DNA of 64,000 nt from Candidatus Bathyarchaeia archaeon (GCA_050108155.1 JBNIDR010000007.1:4592-68591); one strand, 5' to 3'; positions 39,828 through 50,760 are shown, counted from the stretch's first letter. Translations and numbers: made by a program. The notes: generated by a model from the sequence alone, not told the origin.

Positions 39828-40580
39828 ATGTCGTTAGATAGGGATTTTTGGGAATCGAACCCATGCTGTAAGGGCTGTACAAAATGGAGTCCTAGAGACA
39901 AAGTAGTGGTTGAAGGTGATGAAATCAGATACCTTCTATGGGGAAGTCAGGTTGCAACTTGGAACAAAACGAACAATACGTTGATGGTTGACGATTGCGG
40001 TTGGAAGACAAAGCTTACTTTCAACAGACTGAATGCCATTCTATCAGAACTACGTATCTCTATCTATAGTATACGGGGTAAAACCTACATATGGAACCCT
40101 AAACTGCAAGTAGAATACCTATGGGAAGGAACCCACACAATAAAATTAGATCCGCTTAAAATTACTCCATGCACTCCCCGTAAGACTAACAAAAAAGTTT
40201 CGGATTCACTTAGAAACTATTATGCGTCGGCGTCAGAGCTAATTGAACAGCATAAGCAGTTGGTCACAAAAACATTAGATGGCTTGGTTTGCCTATTCCC
40301 AAGACGATACTACAGTAGAGAATTTTCGATGTTAGTTCTTGGCCTGTATGCAAACGGTGACAACGTCAAAGCCTACATGGGAAAAGTAGCTAGCTCGAAG
40401 GTTTACTCAGCTTTTATGAAAAACGATGCAGCATCCTTGACAGGCTACCTTGTTCAAACCGGAGAGGAACTTAACGACCGTGAAATGTTATCAGAATTAA
40501 ATGATTTTAGAGTTGATACTACCCTTTTGCCTCAAACGATATTGCAGCAACTTGCTTTAATGAAACTAATGGAGGCATAA
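39828..40580 (+). CDS. Hypothetical protein
   Basis: 250 aa ORF with GGAGGTG SD. Confidence 0.6.
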   Translation: MSLDRDFWESNPCCKGCTKWSPRDKVVVEGDEIRYLLWGSQVATWNKTNNTLMVDDCGWKTKLTFNRLNAILSELRISIYSIRGKTYIWNPKLQVEYLWEGTHTIKLDPLKITPCTPRKTNKKVSDSLRNYYASASELIEQHKQLVTKTLDGLVCLFPRRYYSREFSMLVLGLYANGDNVKAYMGKVASSKVYSAFMKNDAASLTGYLVQTGEELNDREMLSELNDFRVDTTLLPQTILQQLALMKLMEA

Positions 40581-40583
40581 CAA

Positions 40584-41543
40584 GTGGCAACTCAAGAAAT
40601 CATAACGGTACCCTTCGAATTCGATGGAGAAACAATTTCAAGTGGCAATGTGAAGTTCAGCGTTGACTGCTGCGGCTTTCCAGGCATTAGCTTCTATATT
40701 CCGTCGCAGTATGCCCTGCTACTTCTGAAAAAAGAGACAAAGACCGAAGCAGAAAAGCTAATTCAGGAAATCTCCAAAGCCTCAATAGTTAGTGAAGTGC
40801 AGAAGAAACTGCTAAAACAAGCATGCGAAAAAGGATTCAAACCTGTCTGGTCAGAGCTTCAGAAATTAAACCGTCAATTTCCAACGAGTGAACCACAATT
40901 TTACGCAGATGTCTCTTATGATGGTAGCATAAACCAAGATCGAATAATACTACTAACATCTGAAAAGGCAATGATATTTTACGCTCAAAATAATCTCGAC
41001 GTGTTACGTTTAGGCTTACCATTAAACGTCTATACTTGCCCTAGTATACACACACGATTTCACCTAAATCCAGAGAAATGTAGTCTTCTTAGAGGTCACG
41101 AGAAAGAACTGATGGACCTAGTTGAGGAGCTAAAGGAATATGATAATTACCTTAGAGGCAACCTGGTAGATGAATGCTATGAAAAGTTCTTCACTAATCG
41201 GGCAGAAGCTGCTGAAGTGTTAAATGAGATTCGCAAAAAAGTAGGCGATAAAGAAAATAGAGATCGCTTGTTTCACACTCTTGAAACTGAAAGGTTCTTG
41301 GCGTTTTCAGGAGGATTGTTCATACACGATTACTGGTCGACCTATTACATTTCAAATGACGGCGAGGTGCACAAGCTTTGCTACAGCAAGAAAGTGGAGA
41401 TACGCGAAGCAGTCTTAAGAGCATATGAAAAGGGGAAGCCTCCGACAAAACTGGAAGAAGTTAAAGAAGAGAGTACACTGAGACAAATAGCTGAAATCGC
41501 AGGAAAAATCAGACCGGACCTTGCTTTTGTAATTCTCCCATAG
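40584..41543 (+). CDS. Hypothetical protein
   Basis: 319 aa ORF in operon. Confidence 0.6.
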   Translation: MATQEIITVPFEFDGETISSGNVKFSVDCCGFPGISFYIPSQYALLLLKKETKTEAEKLIQEISKASIVSEVQKKLLKQACEKGFKPVWSELQKLNRQFPTSEPQFYADVSYDGSINQDRIILLTSEKAMIFYAQNNLDVLRLGLPLNVYTCPSIHTRFHLNPEKCSLLRGHEKELMDLVEELKEYDNYLRGNLVDECYEKFFTNRAEAAEVLNEIRKKVGDKENRDRLFHTLETERFLAFSGGLFIHDYWSTYYISNDGEVHKLCYSKKVEIREAVLRAYEKGKPPTKLEEVKEESTLRQIAEIAGKIRPDLAFVILP

Positions 41544-41555
41544 GAGGCAACTGTC

Positions 41556-41897
41556 TTGTGCTCGAAAAGTGAAAGCATCTATCGAATCCTTGCCCCGTAC
41601 ATAGACAAGATCTTTGAAGCTCTGCTTAGAGAAGACGTTGACTTTGAAGAAGCCTCAATTGAAAGTTTTGCTGAACTCATCTGTTTAAAGGCTGAATTAA
41701 CCATCCGAGAAATGACCCGCGAACTAAATGCAAAAATGCAAAACGGAGAACTATATGCTTTGCGGCAGCTTATTCGGGAAAACCCAGAAGCTAGCCAAAA
41801 GGCTGCGCGGTATGTTGCTAAAAAACTGAAGCATCACGTTCGCAGAATCATAGAGGAAGAGCTCAATCAATCGGCGGCTTGCCCAAAAAAAGCATGA
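41556..41897 (+). CDS. Hypothetical protein
   Basis: ORF with GGAGG SD. Confidence 0.5.
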   Translation: MCSKSESIYRILAPYIDKIFEALLREDVDFEEASIESFAELICLKAELTIREMTRELNAKMQNGELYALRQLIRENPEASQKAARYVAKKLKHHVRRIIEEELNQSAACPKKA

Positions 41898-41907
41898 GGC
41901 GAAAAAT

Positions 41908-42252
41908 ATGAACTTAAAAACAGAACTGCCAACACCTGGCGACTTAGTTGTCGTCAAAAGAACAGATGATGCCTCAATTCGCGTCGGCTCATACGGTATA
42001 ATCATAGGCGAGATCAAAGCAAAGCAGGACAAAACACTTAGCGTTGTATTCAATTTCACGTGCCCTTGGTCTCTAAAAACAGGTGAAGACAACAAGGTCA
42101 TTAATGCTTCTGGGGGGCCTCAACGAGAAATCAGAATAGCGCTTCTAAGGGCTACCAGAAAGCTTAGACGCCAAGAATTTCTTTTGTCTGAAGGCTCAGA
42201 GCCATCTCGAAGATTAGTCAGAGTTTGGAACACTGACCTTACCGAGCGTTAA
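41908..42252 (+). CDS. Hypothetical protein
   Basis: ORF in operon. Confidence 0.5.
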   Translation: MNLKTELPTPGDLVVVKRTDDASIRVGSYGIIIGEIKAKQDKTLSVVFNFTCPWSLKTGEDNKVINASGGPQREIRIALLRATRKLRRQEFLLSEGSEPSRRLVRVWNTDLTER

Positions 42253-42270
42253 TTTCTGGAGGTGACAACT

Positions 42271-42642
42271 TTGAATAAACACGAAGTTTTGCAGTTGATT
42301 AAGAGGCTTCAAATTAATCGGTGCCCTGATTGTGGTGGCGATGAAATTCAGATACACACTGATAGATTCTTTATCGTTAATACCGCAAAAATGGAAGCCT
42401 ATGAACCCGAAAAGGAAGCTGATTCAGAGACTTCAGACGTAACTGAAATTGTTTGCCGGAAATGCGGTAGCAGACTTACAGCACTCCAAGACATCATTAT
42501 CTTCAAAACAGCACTCATGGAACAACTGAAAAGTCGCCTCAAGCGCCAACCTACAGACCAAGAATTCCTAAACTACGTTGAAAACTTAGAAACAAACTTG
42601 CCTTCATGGCTACAAACAAAAACATTGGACATACAAACATAG
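42271..42642 (+). CDS. Zn-ribbon protein
   Basis: CPDCGG..CRKCG; TTG start after GGAGGTG. Confidence 0.55.
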   Translation: MNKHEVLQLIKRLQINRCPDCGGDEIQIHTDRFFIVNTAKMEAYEPEKEADSETSDVTEIVCRKCGSRLTALQDIIIFKTALMEQLKSRLKRQPTDQEFLNYVENLETNLPSWLQTKTLDIQT

Positions 42643-42724
42643 ATGCCTTAAATTTGAAAGATTAGAATTTTTCAGAAAGAGATCTGTTCTATTCCGAGCG
42701 AACACTGGCGCCCTCTTTTTTCAA

Positions 42725-43010
42725 GGGCAGTTCATTCGATGTATTCCGGATGAAGCTTTTGGCTTCATTCGATGAGCTGGTAAACTCTCCTGACGATGTC
42801 GGCGGCCTATGCTTGCTGACTGCTCCTCAGTCCAGGTACTGGGGGGTTGGCTTGTCGCGCCAGCCACTGGAAACCTATCCAGTGTTTGCGGCAGAGCCGA
42901 AACATGGAACCGCCAACTGAGGCGTCCATGTTGAGAGCACATAACCAACCCAAGTTTGGATATGCGATTTCGCGATTGACAGTAAAGTCAATTCTTGAAA
43001 GAATTGCCCG
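42725..43010 (+). ncRNA. Candidate structured non-coding RNA
   Basis: At least eight adjacent stems; G-U pairs occur on the + strand; no credible ORF. Confidence 0.4.
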
Positions 43011-43136
43011 ATATGTATAATTGCCTTTGGCAAGTGTCAGGCTATACTATGGCTTGCCTTTTTTACCTTCTTGGCTTAAAAATGAAAAAGCTTAAATAAT
43101 TATCCTATAATTGGATTATCCTGTACGTGGATAATA

Positions 43137-44495
43137 ATGAGATTTTATGATCGTGAAGCTGAACTCACGGCACTTGAAAAGGCCTATTCCACAAAAGGCT
43201 CAGAAATGATAGTCGTCAGTGGGAGAAGACGCATAGGTAAAAGCCGACTTATCGATGAGTTTCTTAAGGATAAGGAACGCACTAAAATCCTCATAGTACC
43301 CAAAGAAGAAAAACAAGTCGCAGTCGATTTTGCAGAGGCTTTTTCCGATGGTTATACTCCATCATTTAATAGCGTTGAATCTGCCTTAGAGTATTTTTTT
43401 AATATCTCCAAGAAAAGGACCTTATACATAGATGAGTTTCCCAATCTTTTAGATGTGGACCCATCTATTCCTTATGCTTTCCAGCGTGTTTGGGAGAAAT
43501 ACAAAGACAAAACAGCAAAGGTCCTCATCGTTTCTGGTTCATATGTTAGTATGATGAATCGAATATTTACACAGCAAAAAGCGCCGCTTTTCAACAGAGC
43601 AGGTTATACCATCGTCTTACAACCCCTATCCCTCAAAGTTGTTTGGGAAATCCAAACGGATCTTGGCATAGGTGCAACTGAAAAAATAGGTAATTACTGT
43701 ATACTGGGCGGTATACCTTACTATTACGAGTTGGTGGAGAAGCGGGCAAAAAGAGATGTTGTCAATGAGCTTTTCTTTGATGTTGCTGCGCCTCTTAAAG
43801 AAGAAGGCCAAAACGTGCTAAGGCAAGAGTTCGGAGCAGGGTACAAGAAATATTTCTCCATCATAGAGGCGATAGGCGCAGGCGTTGTTTCGGGCAGCGA
43901 GATAGCCAATAAACTTGGTCTTGCTCAAACCACCCTGTCTAAATATATAGTGGCGTTACAACGAGATTTCCAACTTATCGAGCGAACTGTACCATTTGGG
44001 CAGAATCTTCAAAGAAGCAAAAAAGGCGTTTACTCAATCAAAGATAACACAATAGCTTTTTGGTTTACAAACGTCTACGGCAAACCGGACCCGCCTACAA
44101 CGGAGAAATTAAACGAGTTCACCAGTAAACGCTTTGAAATATTTTGTAAGGATTTTCTTACCCAGTACCTAAAAGGAAAAGGAGAGACCATAGTCAGAAC
44201 TGGTAGATGGTGGGGCCAAGTTGAAGTTAACTCAGCAAAATTCGAAGATAGGGAGATAGATGTTGTAGTTGAAACTCAAACAAGCCTTTACATAGGTGAA
44301 TGTAAATGGACAAACAAGAAAGTCACTGGGCAAGAACTTAACCGGCTAGGTGAATCTTCAACAGCTCTAAAAACAAAAAAGCCCATAAGAAAAGTATTGT
44401 TCTCAAAAACAGGCTTCGAATTTTCAGAACCAAACGCAGGCACAATGCTATTTGATCCAATAAGGATTGAAACTGAAATAGCCAAACTTGTTTAA
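43137..44495 (+). CDS. Archaeal ATPase (AAA, wHTH, DUF234-like nuclease domain)
   Basis: MRFYDREAEL, GRRRIGKS, YIDEFP, GGIPYY, EIDVV..IGECKW. Confidence 0.88.
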   Translation: MRFYDREAELTALEKAYSTKGSEMIVVSGRRRIGKSRLIDEFLKDKERTKILIVPKEEKQVAVDFAEAFSDGYTPSFNSVESALEYFFNISKKRTLYIDEFPNLLDVDPSIPYAFQRVWEKYKDKTAKVLIVSGSYVSMMNRIFTQQKAPLFNRAGYTIVLQPLSLKVVWEIQTDLGIGATEKIGNYCILGGIPYYYELVEKRAKRDVVNELFFDVAAPLKEEGQNVLRQEFGAGYKKYFSIIEAIGAGVVSGSEIANKLGLAQTTLSKYIVALQRDFQLIERTVPFGQNLQRSKKGVYSIKDNTIAFWFTNVYGKPDPPTTEKLNEFTSKRFEIFCKDFLTQYLKGKGETIVRTGRWWGQVEVNSAKFEDREIDVVVETQTSLYIGECKWTNKKVTGQELNRLGESSTALKTKKPIRKVLFSKTGFEFSEPNAGTMLFDPIRIETEIAKLV

Positions 44496-46024
44496 ACAAA
44501 AATTCCAACTCTATAGGTCTTCACCACTAAAGCATGAGTAAGTGGCCCTTGCGCTTACAACCCTTAAAGTACCCAGAACAATGGCGGGGCAAAAGCTCAA
44601 AAGCAAGTGAACTTACCTGCCCCCCTCTATTATATTATTTTATATATTTTTTGTTTGTTGTTGTCTCTATAAGTGTACTTACTTGTTGTTTGCTTGTGTA
44701 TGGCTGTGTGGTTGGCTGGTTTGTTGTTGGTTGGCTTTGGTTGGTTGGGTTTGTGGGTTGTCGTGTTGCTGGGTCGGCTCCGTTATGGTGCTGTTGGTGA
44801 GTGTTGAGTGGGTGTGCCTTGCCGCTTGGGACGCTTGCAACCGAGATGGAACAGTAAATGACGGCGCAATAGTTCTGCTAGACCGTTCACTTTCATTTCA
44901 CCGAGAACAATCCTTTTGGCGATTCTGCATTGGGAGTGTCAACGGTGTGCCTCTGCCTTAGTTGGGTGTTTGAGTTGCAAGCATTAAACCTCGGTGGCAA
45001 TACTCAACGTACTAGAGTCTTGGTTGGTGGAAATGGCGACTGCTGGGACGACTATGAAGCAGCATATGTGTTGAATGGGATATTCTTAGGGTACCGAGAT
45101 AACTGGATTCAGCTCAGCGCACTAATCTGCAGACCAATATGCAGTCGCACATACTCACGATATGGCGGCAACCAAGTTCGCTTCGGTTCACGCCGACTCA
45201 GGACACAAATCGGGCATTAAACCTTCTCTACGTTTTTTCTTTTTTCAAACAAACCGCAAATTACCAAATTTGGGCTGCACTCACCATGAATAAAAACAAG
45301 CTGCAATAACGAACATACCTGCATTAACCATCACAAAAGCGCCGATCTATCTACAGCCAATGTCACCGCAGCAACAACCGCCCAATAAACATAACAAACC
45401 CAACCTTTTCAATCTGGCCATTTCACACTTCAACAATAGTAACCTGTGACCTAATCACAAAACCCTCAATCAACCAAAAACAAGACAAAACACAGACACA
45501 TTCAACCAACCAATCACTTATACACACCATTAATCAGCCTAATCCAGCACAATAAAACAAACACTCAAAAAACCGTCCCGCCCCAGCAGCCACAACCATG
45601 AAGAAACCAGCTAACCAACACAAAGCAGCCCCACCAAGCCACCAGAACACCTTCAACAGCAAACCAAACCTCTTGGGCGACGCAGACGAGTGGGGGCGCA
45701 GAGGCGGAGAGGGCATGTAACACATTGGGCATCCAGAATACTCAGATGAGGCTGACAAGCACCTCAGAATGGTCTGTGGAAGTTTCAGAAGAAAATGCTA
45801 AAGCATTATGGCAAACATAAATAACAAAGACCAGCTATCACAATCCTTAACGCTCATGAAATTAAGCAACTTTCCTCAAAATTTGATATTAACTCGAGAT
45901 GTGCATGTATGTGACGTTAATATCTTGAAAACGTCAGCGAAGGTTCAACATATCAGTGAAGCCTAACTAATTGATATGAGAACAAGATTCTTTTTTGCTT
46001 GTTGAGAAAAGAAAGTTCTGCGCT

Positions 46025-46162
46025 TTATTCTTCTTTTTTGATTCCTCTTTTTATTCCTTTCCCAAAGTCGTTTATGGCTTTAGCGCTTTTTTTTCCGCCT
46101 GCACCTATTGCTTCTCCAGCTTTTTCTGCGCCGCTTTCAATTTTTTTCTTTGTTTCTGACAT
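46025..46162 (-). CDS. Small CsbD-like hydrophilic protein
   Basis: MSETKKKIESGAEKAGEAIGAGGKKSAKAINDFGKGIKRG. Confidence 0.5.
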   Translation of the reverse strand: MSETKKKIESGAEKAGEAIGAGGKKSAKAINDFGKGIKRGIKKEE

Positions 46163-46921
46163 TCTATTCAACTCAACCGCTAAGATGTTATTTATAGACT
46201 TAAGCGTATGTGACTGTGAAGCCACAACAACAGCAGAATATCAACGGAGGTTTAGTTGACCAGTAACAGCGCTTGCGCCAGAAAATTAGGGAAATAGAGG
46301 ATTATTATCTTATGGTGACTTATCGGTAAGGTTTGCGCTGCTTGATTTAAGCGAATGCGAACCCATATTTTGTGAGTTTTTTCAGCTTCTAAGCAATTTT
46401 TGAAAACGCGCGCCTTCTTTTTCCATCATACGCAGTTGCGTGAAAAGAAAGCGCTTAGTAACGCAGCGCTTAGCGCTTCCTGCAATGCAGTTTATAACTA
46501 AACAATCAAGCAGGCGAACCTAAAGGTAGCTGAAGTGCAATGTAAAATAGAAGGTTTATGGCACGTCTTTGGCTGGACGTGCCATGATTAAGGGTTAACA
46601 GGGATTTTTCGAGAAGGGCAGTTTGGGCTATGGCATGCCAACCCTTAACCGCCTCAGTATCAATCCATATTCCATAAAAGTCTTTGCCAAATTAACGGCG
46701 TTATCAAAAACAAAAATGCGATTCCTGTGCATGCTAAACGTTTCAGCTTTAGAGAAAAGCACGGGCATGTGGACAGACAATGGATTGCACTTAAAAGTGT
46801 CAAAAGATCAACTGCACATATACCTACGACCAGTAGTCAAAACGTAGGCGCGCTCAATTTTTTTAGCGCTACTTAGGTACAAACGCAGCTGCGTATCAAA
46901 ATCTGTTATGTAGTTAATAGA

Positions 46922-46952
46922 AAACGAAGCACTAAGTGATTCATTTAGCCCT
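46922..46952 (+). repeat. 31-bp direct repeat, copy 1
   Basis: AAACGAAGCACTAAGTGATTCATTTAGCCCT; 28/31 identical to 63782-63812. Confidence 0.8.
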
Positions 46953-47341
46953 ATAATTCTTCTGATGGCGCTAACTGGGAAGTGGTTGCAATATTTGACC
47001 TTGTGAGAGGAGCAGGCGCAAATGACTGGATTGATGGCTATACAGTTTATTTATTGGCAAACAATGGGGAAATTTATTATGCACAGGAAAGGGGATATTA
47101 CTAATTAATCACTGTAGAAAAACGGTCGATAACTTGGCAAATATAGTAAGATAATTCGTAGTATCGAGTCTTTATTAAATACGGATTTTCTTATTATACA
47201 CATATTGTTGCTTTAGCCCTTGTGTGCAAAAATAGCACGGCAAATTCAGGTTTAAGAATCAATTTAATACTATGGGAATATTATGAGAAATAGGTATCAA
47301 TAACGTTTTTACTTCTGTTTAAACCGTATTGTCTAATTGGG

Positions 47342-47563
47342 ATGTGTGTGTTTATGGTTGCCTTCGAGTGCCCCTTCTGCAACCAAACCATCGAGACAAA
47401 ACCGCCTGATAAAGTTCATTCATCGTATTCTTTTGAGAGACCAATAGCTAAAAGTTACCATGGCAAATTAATCGAAAAAGAGATAACTTGTCCAAACCCA
47501 GAATGCAGAGAACCAATCACAGTTTATTGGTATGCACCACTGGACTACTTTAATAGAGTATAG
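47342..47563 (+). CDS. Zn-ribbon protein
   Basis: CPFCN..CPNPEC. Confidence 0.6.
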   Translation: MCVFMVAFECPFCNQTIETKPPDKVHSSYSFERPIAKSYHGKLIEKEITCPNPECREPITVYWYAPLDYFNRV

Positions 47564-47646
47564 CCAACCCAAAGGTAACTTTAGTTGTCTGTTCTAAAAA
47601 GTAGATTTAAGTGCTGTTTATAGCTTACAATAATTGGGGTAGCTGA

Positions 47647-48177
47647 ATGAGCCAGAAGCGTGCGCTAGTATTAGTCGGTGTTGGAGTAGCTTTTATTGTC
47701 TTAGCGTTAGCGCTACTGCTAGCGGGTAATCAACCAGCGGCATCCTCAACACCCGAATCAAAAGGTGGTGTCTATCTGCATTTTTCAAGCGACTATCAAG
47801 ACGGCGCTCAAACCAAAGCTTACTTGATTGACTCACAACTCTATTACGGAGTTTATAATCAAAGCTTCTCTCGTTCGGGTGCTACAGGTGACTATTCAGT
47901 TAACAAGGGCAACCCCTGCATAATCATTAATGGAACAATCAGAAACGACTATGACAAGGATTACTATTTCGGCATAACAGCAAACGTGAACAATGCCGCT
48001 GGAGACAAAATCGAACCAATACTTACTATTAACTCGCCGCATCCGGGCTTTACTTTGACAAAAATCGATAAAGACTCAACAGGGTACTTCGAGCTACAGA
48101 TTAAATACGAGGGCAAAGACATCGTTAACTATAACCTTTTCATAGCGTTTGAACCCTCCGAAGTTGCTCCGCCGTAA
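47647..48177 (+). CDS. Membrane-anchored exported protein
   Basis: N-terminal TM helix. Confidence 0.65.
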   Translation: MSQKRALVLVGVGVAFIVLALALLLAGNQPAASSTPESKGGVYLHFSSDYQDGAQTKAYLIDSQLYYGVYNQSFSRSGATGDYSVNKGNPCIIINGTIRNDYDKDYYFGITANVNNAAGDKIEPILTINSPHPGFTLTKIDKDSTGYFELQIKYEGKDIVNYNLFIAFEPSEVAPP

Positions 48178-48293
48178 GGGCAGTTTAGAATCAAAGTAAG
48201 AGCTTTGGCGGTTTGTTTTTTGAATGCATGCACTGTTCTAAACAGTAGATTTAAGTTCTAAAATTACCAAAGAAGCACTAAGAGGTTAGGTAA

Positions 48294-49607
48294 ATGAGAC
48301 ACAATCCTACTCAATTGTTTGCTTTAACCGTTATAGCACTACTATTATCGGCTATGGTTTTAGCGCTTTCTCCTGCATCGGGGCAACTCAATCTGGTTAG
48401 TGCATCAAGCACTATTCCCCAAGCAGATCAAGAATACGCCAACGGCACACTCGCCTCTAATAATGCGCCCTTCAAAGTCTGGTACAATTGGATTAACGTT
48501 TCAAACACGCAAATCCTCTACTATGCAGCCTACACAACGCCAGATTATCCCTTTCCAGTGCCCATCGCTAACATCATAGGCCAACATTTCAGCTTAGAAG
48601 ATGGCACACAAATCTTCATAGCCAGCGCTCTGTCTGAATTGGAGGTTTACCATGACCTCAACGGCGACGGCATCCCACAAACCAACGCAGGTTCAGATGG
48701 GAATGAGGTTCTCTACTACATTTACTCTAACATGAGCCAAGGCTACAGTATGACGCAAATTGAGAAAACAACGATTGATTCTGTCTCACATTACCAGTGG
48801 AGCTTCACTTACCAAAACGCTTATGCGTATCTGCAGAACGCCGAGGCACGAGTCGGTGTTGTTGCAAGGATGTTTTTTGAGCACTTAACCCTAAACTACG
48901 ATTTTAGCGTGAATGGGAATGTTTCTGATTTGAAGACAAGCTTTGACATAGGAAAAGTCACCAACCTCGAAGTTCTTGAGCCCTCCGAGTTTTCCTCTTT
49001 CGACGGCTTAAGCTTAGCTTTACTCTATGCCACAGCCACCTACACCTCAAAACCCTACTCAACCTCGGTTAATGGGGAGCCATACGACTCTTCCACTGCA
49101 GATTCAGCAGTAGGCGCAGACGTTGCCGAAGTAAAAGTAGACAATGTTAAAGCTTACGACTTTGTCTTCGGGGGCAACTACACGCTCTACAGAGATGGCA
49201 GCACTGAAAGCCATGCGGCAAATATAGAAACCTATGAAGCGCAAGCTCAAGCTGTACCGGTTGCAGGTTTGCCGACGATTTATGGTCCAACCGTGCGAAG
49301 CATAAGCTTCTTTGCAAACTACTTAAACCTCGCTGACCTATTCGGGGGTTCTTGGCCAAGCGTTAACTCAAACTATGAGTCCTCATCGCTGATCTATCGG
49401 ATTTGCTTCCCAGAGTGGGACGGCATGCAAATAGAGCACGACCCAACCTTCCTCGGCTACATATACAACAACCAGCAAATCCCCGAAATACCCACAATAG
49501 CACTAGTTATAGTCCCAATAATAATCGCTAGCTCACTGGCACTTATAGTTCAAAGAAAACGTAGACTTACGAAGCCTAAAAGATTTCTTAACGAAAACCC
49601 ATTATAA
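48294..49607 (+). CDS. Secreted protein with C-terminal TM anchor
   Basis: Signal peptide; IPEIPT motif, TM helix, basic tail. Confidence 0.7.
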   Translation: MRHNPTQLFALTVIALLLSAMVLALSPASGQLNLVSASSTIPQADQEYANGTLASNNAPFKVWYNWINVSNTQILYYAAYTTPDYPFPVPIANIIGQHFSLEDGTQIFIASALSELEVYHDLNGDGIPQTNAGSDGNEVLYYIYSNMSQGYSMTQIEKTTIDSVSHYQWSFTYQNAYAYLQNAEARVGVVARMFFEHLTLNYDFSVNGNVSDLKTSFDIGKVTNLEVLEPSEFSSFDGLSLALLYATATYTSKPYSTSVNGEPYDSSTADSAVGADVAEVKVDNVKAYDFVFGGNYTLYRDGSTESHAANIETYEAQAQAVPVAGLPTIYGPTVRSISFFANYLNLADLFGGSWPSVNSNYESSSLIYRICFPEWDGMQIEHDPTFLGYIYNNQQIPEIPTIALVIVPIIIASSLALIVQRKRRLTKPKRFLNENPL

Positions 49608-49820
49608 CAAGCCTTAACCTATGGACATGTTGGATGAGGCTTGAGAGCCTAAAAACGATAATATCGTAATATGACATATACCTAACACCTAAGCAATTGA
49701 TGCTAAGGGATTGCCTTTTGCTTACTCATTACTACCAGACTGTAGTAGTCAGATGTTTGCCACAAACATATAACTGCCATTATTAATCAACCTCAAACTT
49801 AACAAGAGGTATTTTTTCGA

Positions 49821-50201
49821 ATGAGAGCTAGAAAAGATGAGTTGAAGAAGGCAGTGGACGAAAAGGAACTTGCGATATACGAAGGCATTTGGGGTGAAAT
49901 GAGCGTTCAATATTTTGTCTACAAGGAACGCTTTGACGTCACGCCCTTCCTGAAGGGGCTGCCAAACAACCTTGATCCGTGCCCTCATTGGGGCATTGTA
50001 ACGAAAGGAGAAATCACCCTCAAATATGATGGAAAGGAGGAAAAAGCAAAAGCGGGAGAGGCATGGTATGCTCCTCCAGGCCACACAGCCATTGCTGAAG
50101 CAGGCACTGAGTTTTGGCAATTCAGCCCAAAAGATTTAATTCAGAAAACCAACGAAGTCGTTAGCCGCAACATGCAAGCAATGATGCCAGAGCAACAATA
50201 A
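49821..50201 (+). CDS. Cupin-domain protein
   Basis: CPHWGIVTKGEI..AGEAWYAPPGH. Confidence 0.8.
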   Translation: MRARKDELKKAVDEKELAIYEGIWGEMSVQYFVYKERFDVTPFLKGLPNNLDPCPHWGIVTKGEITLKYDGKEEKAKAGEAWYAPPGHTAIAEAGTEFWQFSPKDLIQKTNEVVSRNMQAMMPEQQ

Positions 50202-50221
50202 GAAATATCCTTGATAATTTT

Positions 50222-50551
50222 TTGGGAGGTGACGTATTGCAAGAGACAGAAAGCATGGATCCCATGATGGTTGCCTCCAACGTTTACAAGTTTCTCAACG
50301 AAGACGAGCGGGTAAGAGCGCTTGAGGTAGTCTTTAAACCGCAAGATACCGCAAAAATGCATCATCATCCCTACCATGTAGTTTACGTTGTTAAGGGCGG
50401 AAAGCTAAGGTTTACTTCTGAGGGGAAAACCCAAGACATGGATTTAACTTCAGGTTCGGTTGTTTTCCTAAAAGAGCAGAATCATGAAGCAACCAACATT
50501 GGCAATTCAGACATTGACCTGCTGGTTTTCGAGATAAAGAAGACAGCGTAG
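50222..50551 (+). CDS. Cupin-domain protein
   Basis: HHHPYHVVYVVKGG..QNHEATNIG. Confidence 0.8.
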   Translation: MGGDVLQETESMDPMMVASNVYKFLNEDERVRALEVVFKPQDTAKMHHHPYHVVYVVKGGKLRFTSEGKTQDMDLTSGSVVFLKEQNHEATNIGNSDIDLLVFEIKKTA

Positions 50552-50676
50552 AAGAATAAGACCTCAACATTTGTTTTTTCTAACTTTTTTTAGCTCGCTA
50601 ATCTCGCAGAACCATTGGCGCCATCAACAACTTACATAGCCACTATACCTTATGGCGAAGGCAACTAACACAAACC

Positions 50677-50760
50677 TACGGCTGGAATTTTTCAACGCCA
50701 GCCTACGCTTCAGGAAAACTCTATGTCGCCGCTGACCTCAAGATAATCGCTTACCAATAG
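50677..50760 (+). pseudogene. Remnant resembling the C-terminal blade of a PQQ-type beta-propeller
   Basis: YGWNFSTPAYASGKLYVAADLKIIAYQ* with no start. Confidence 0.35.

Noticed and set aside
42984-42995. 12-mer AAAGTCAATTCT shared with the vWA intron (27868-27879)
   Set aside because: AT-rich and short enough to arise by chance in 64 kb; no further alignment
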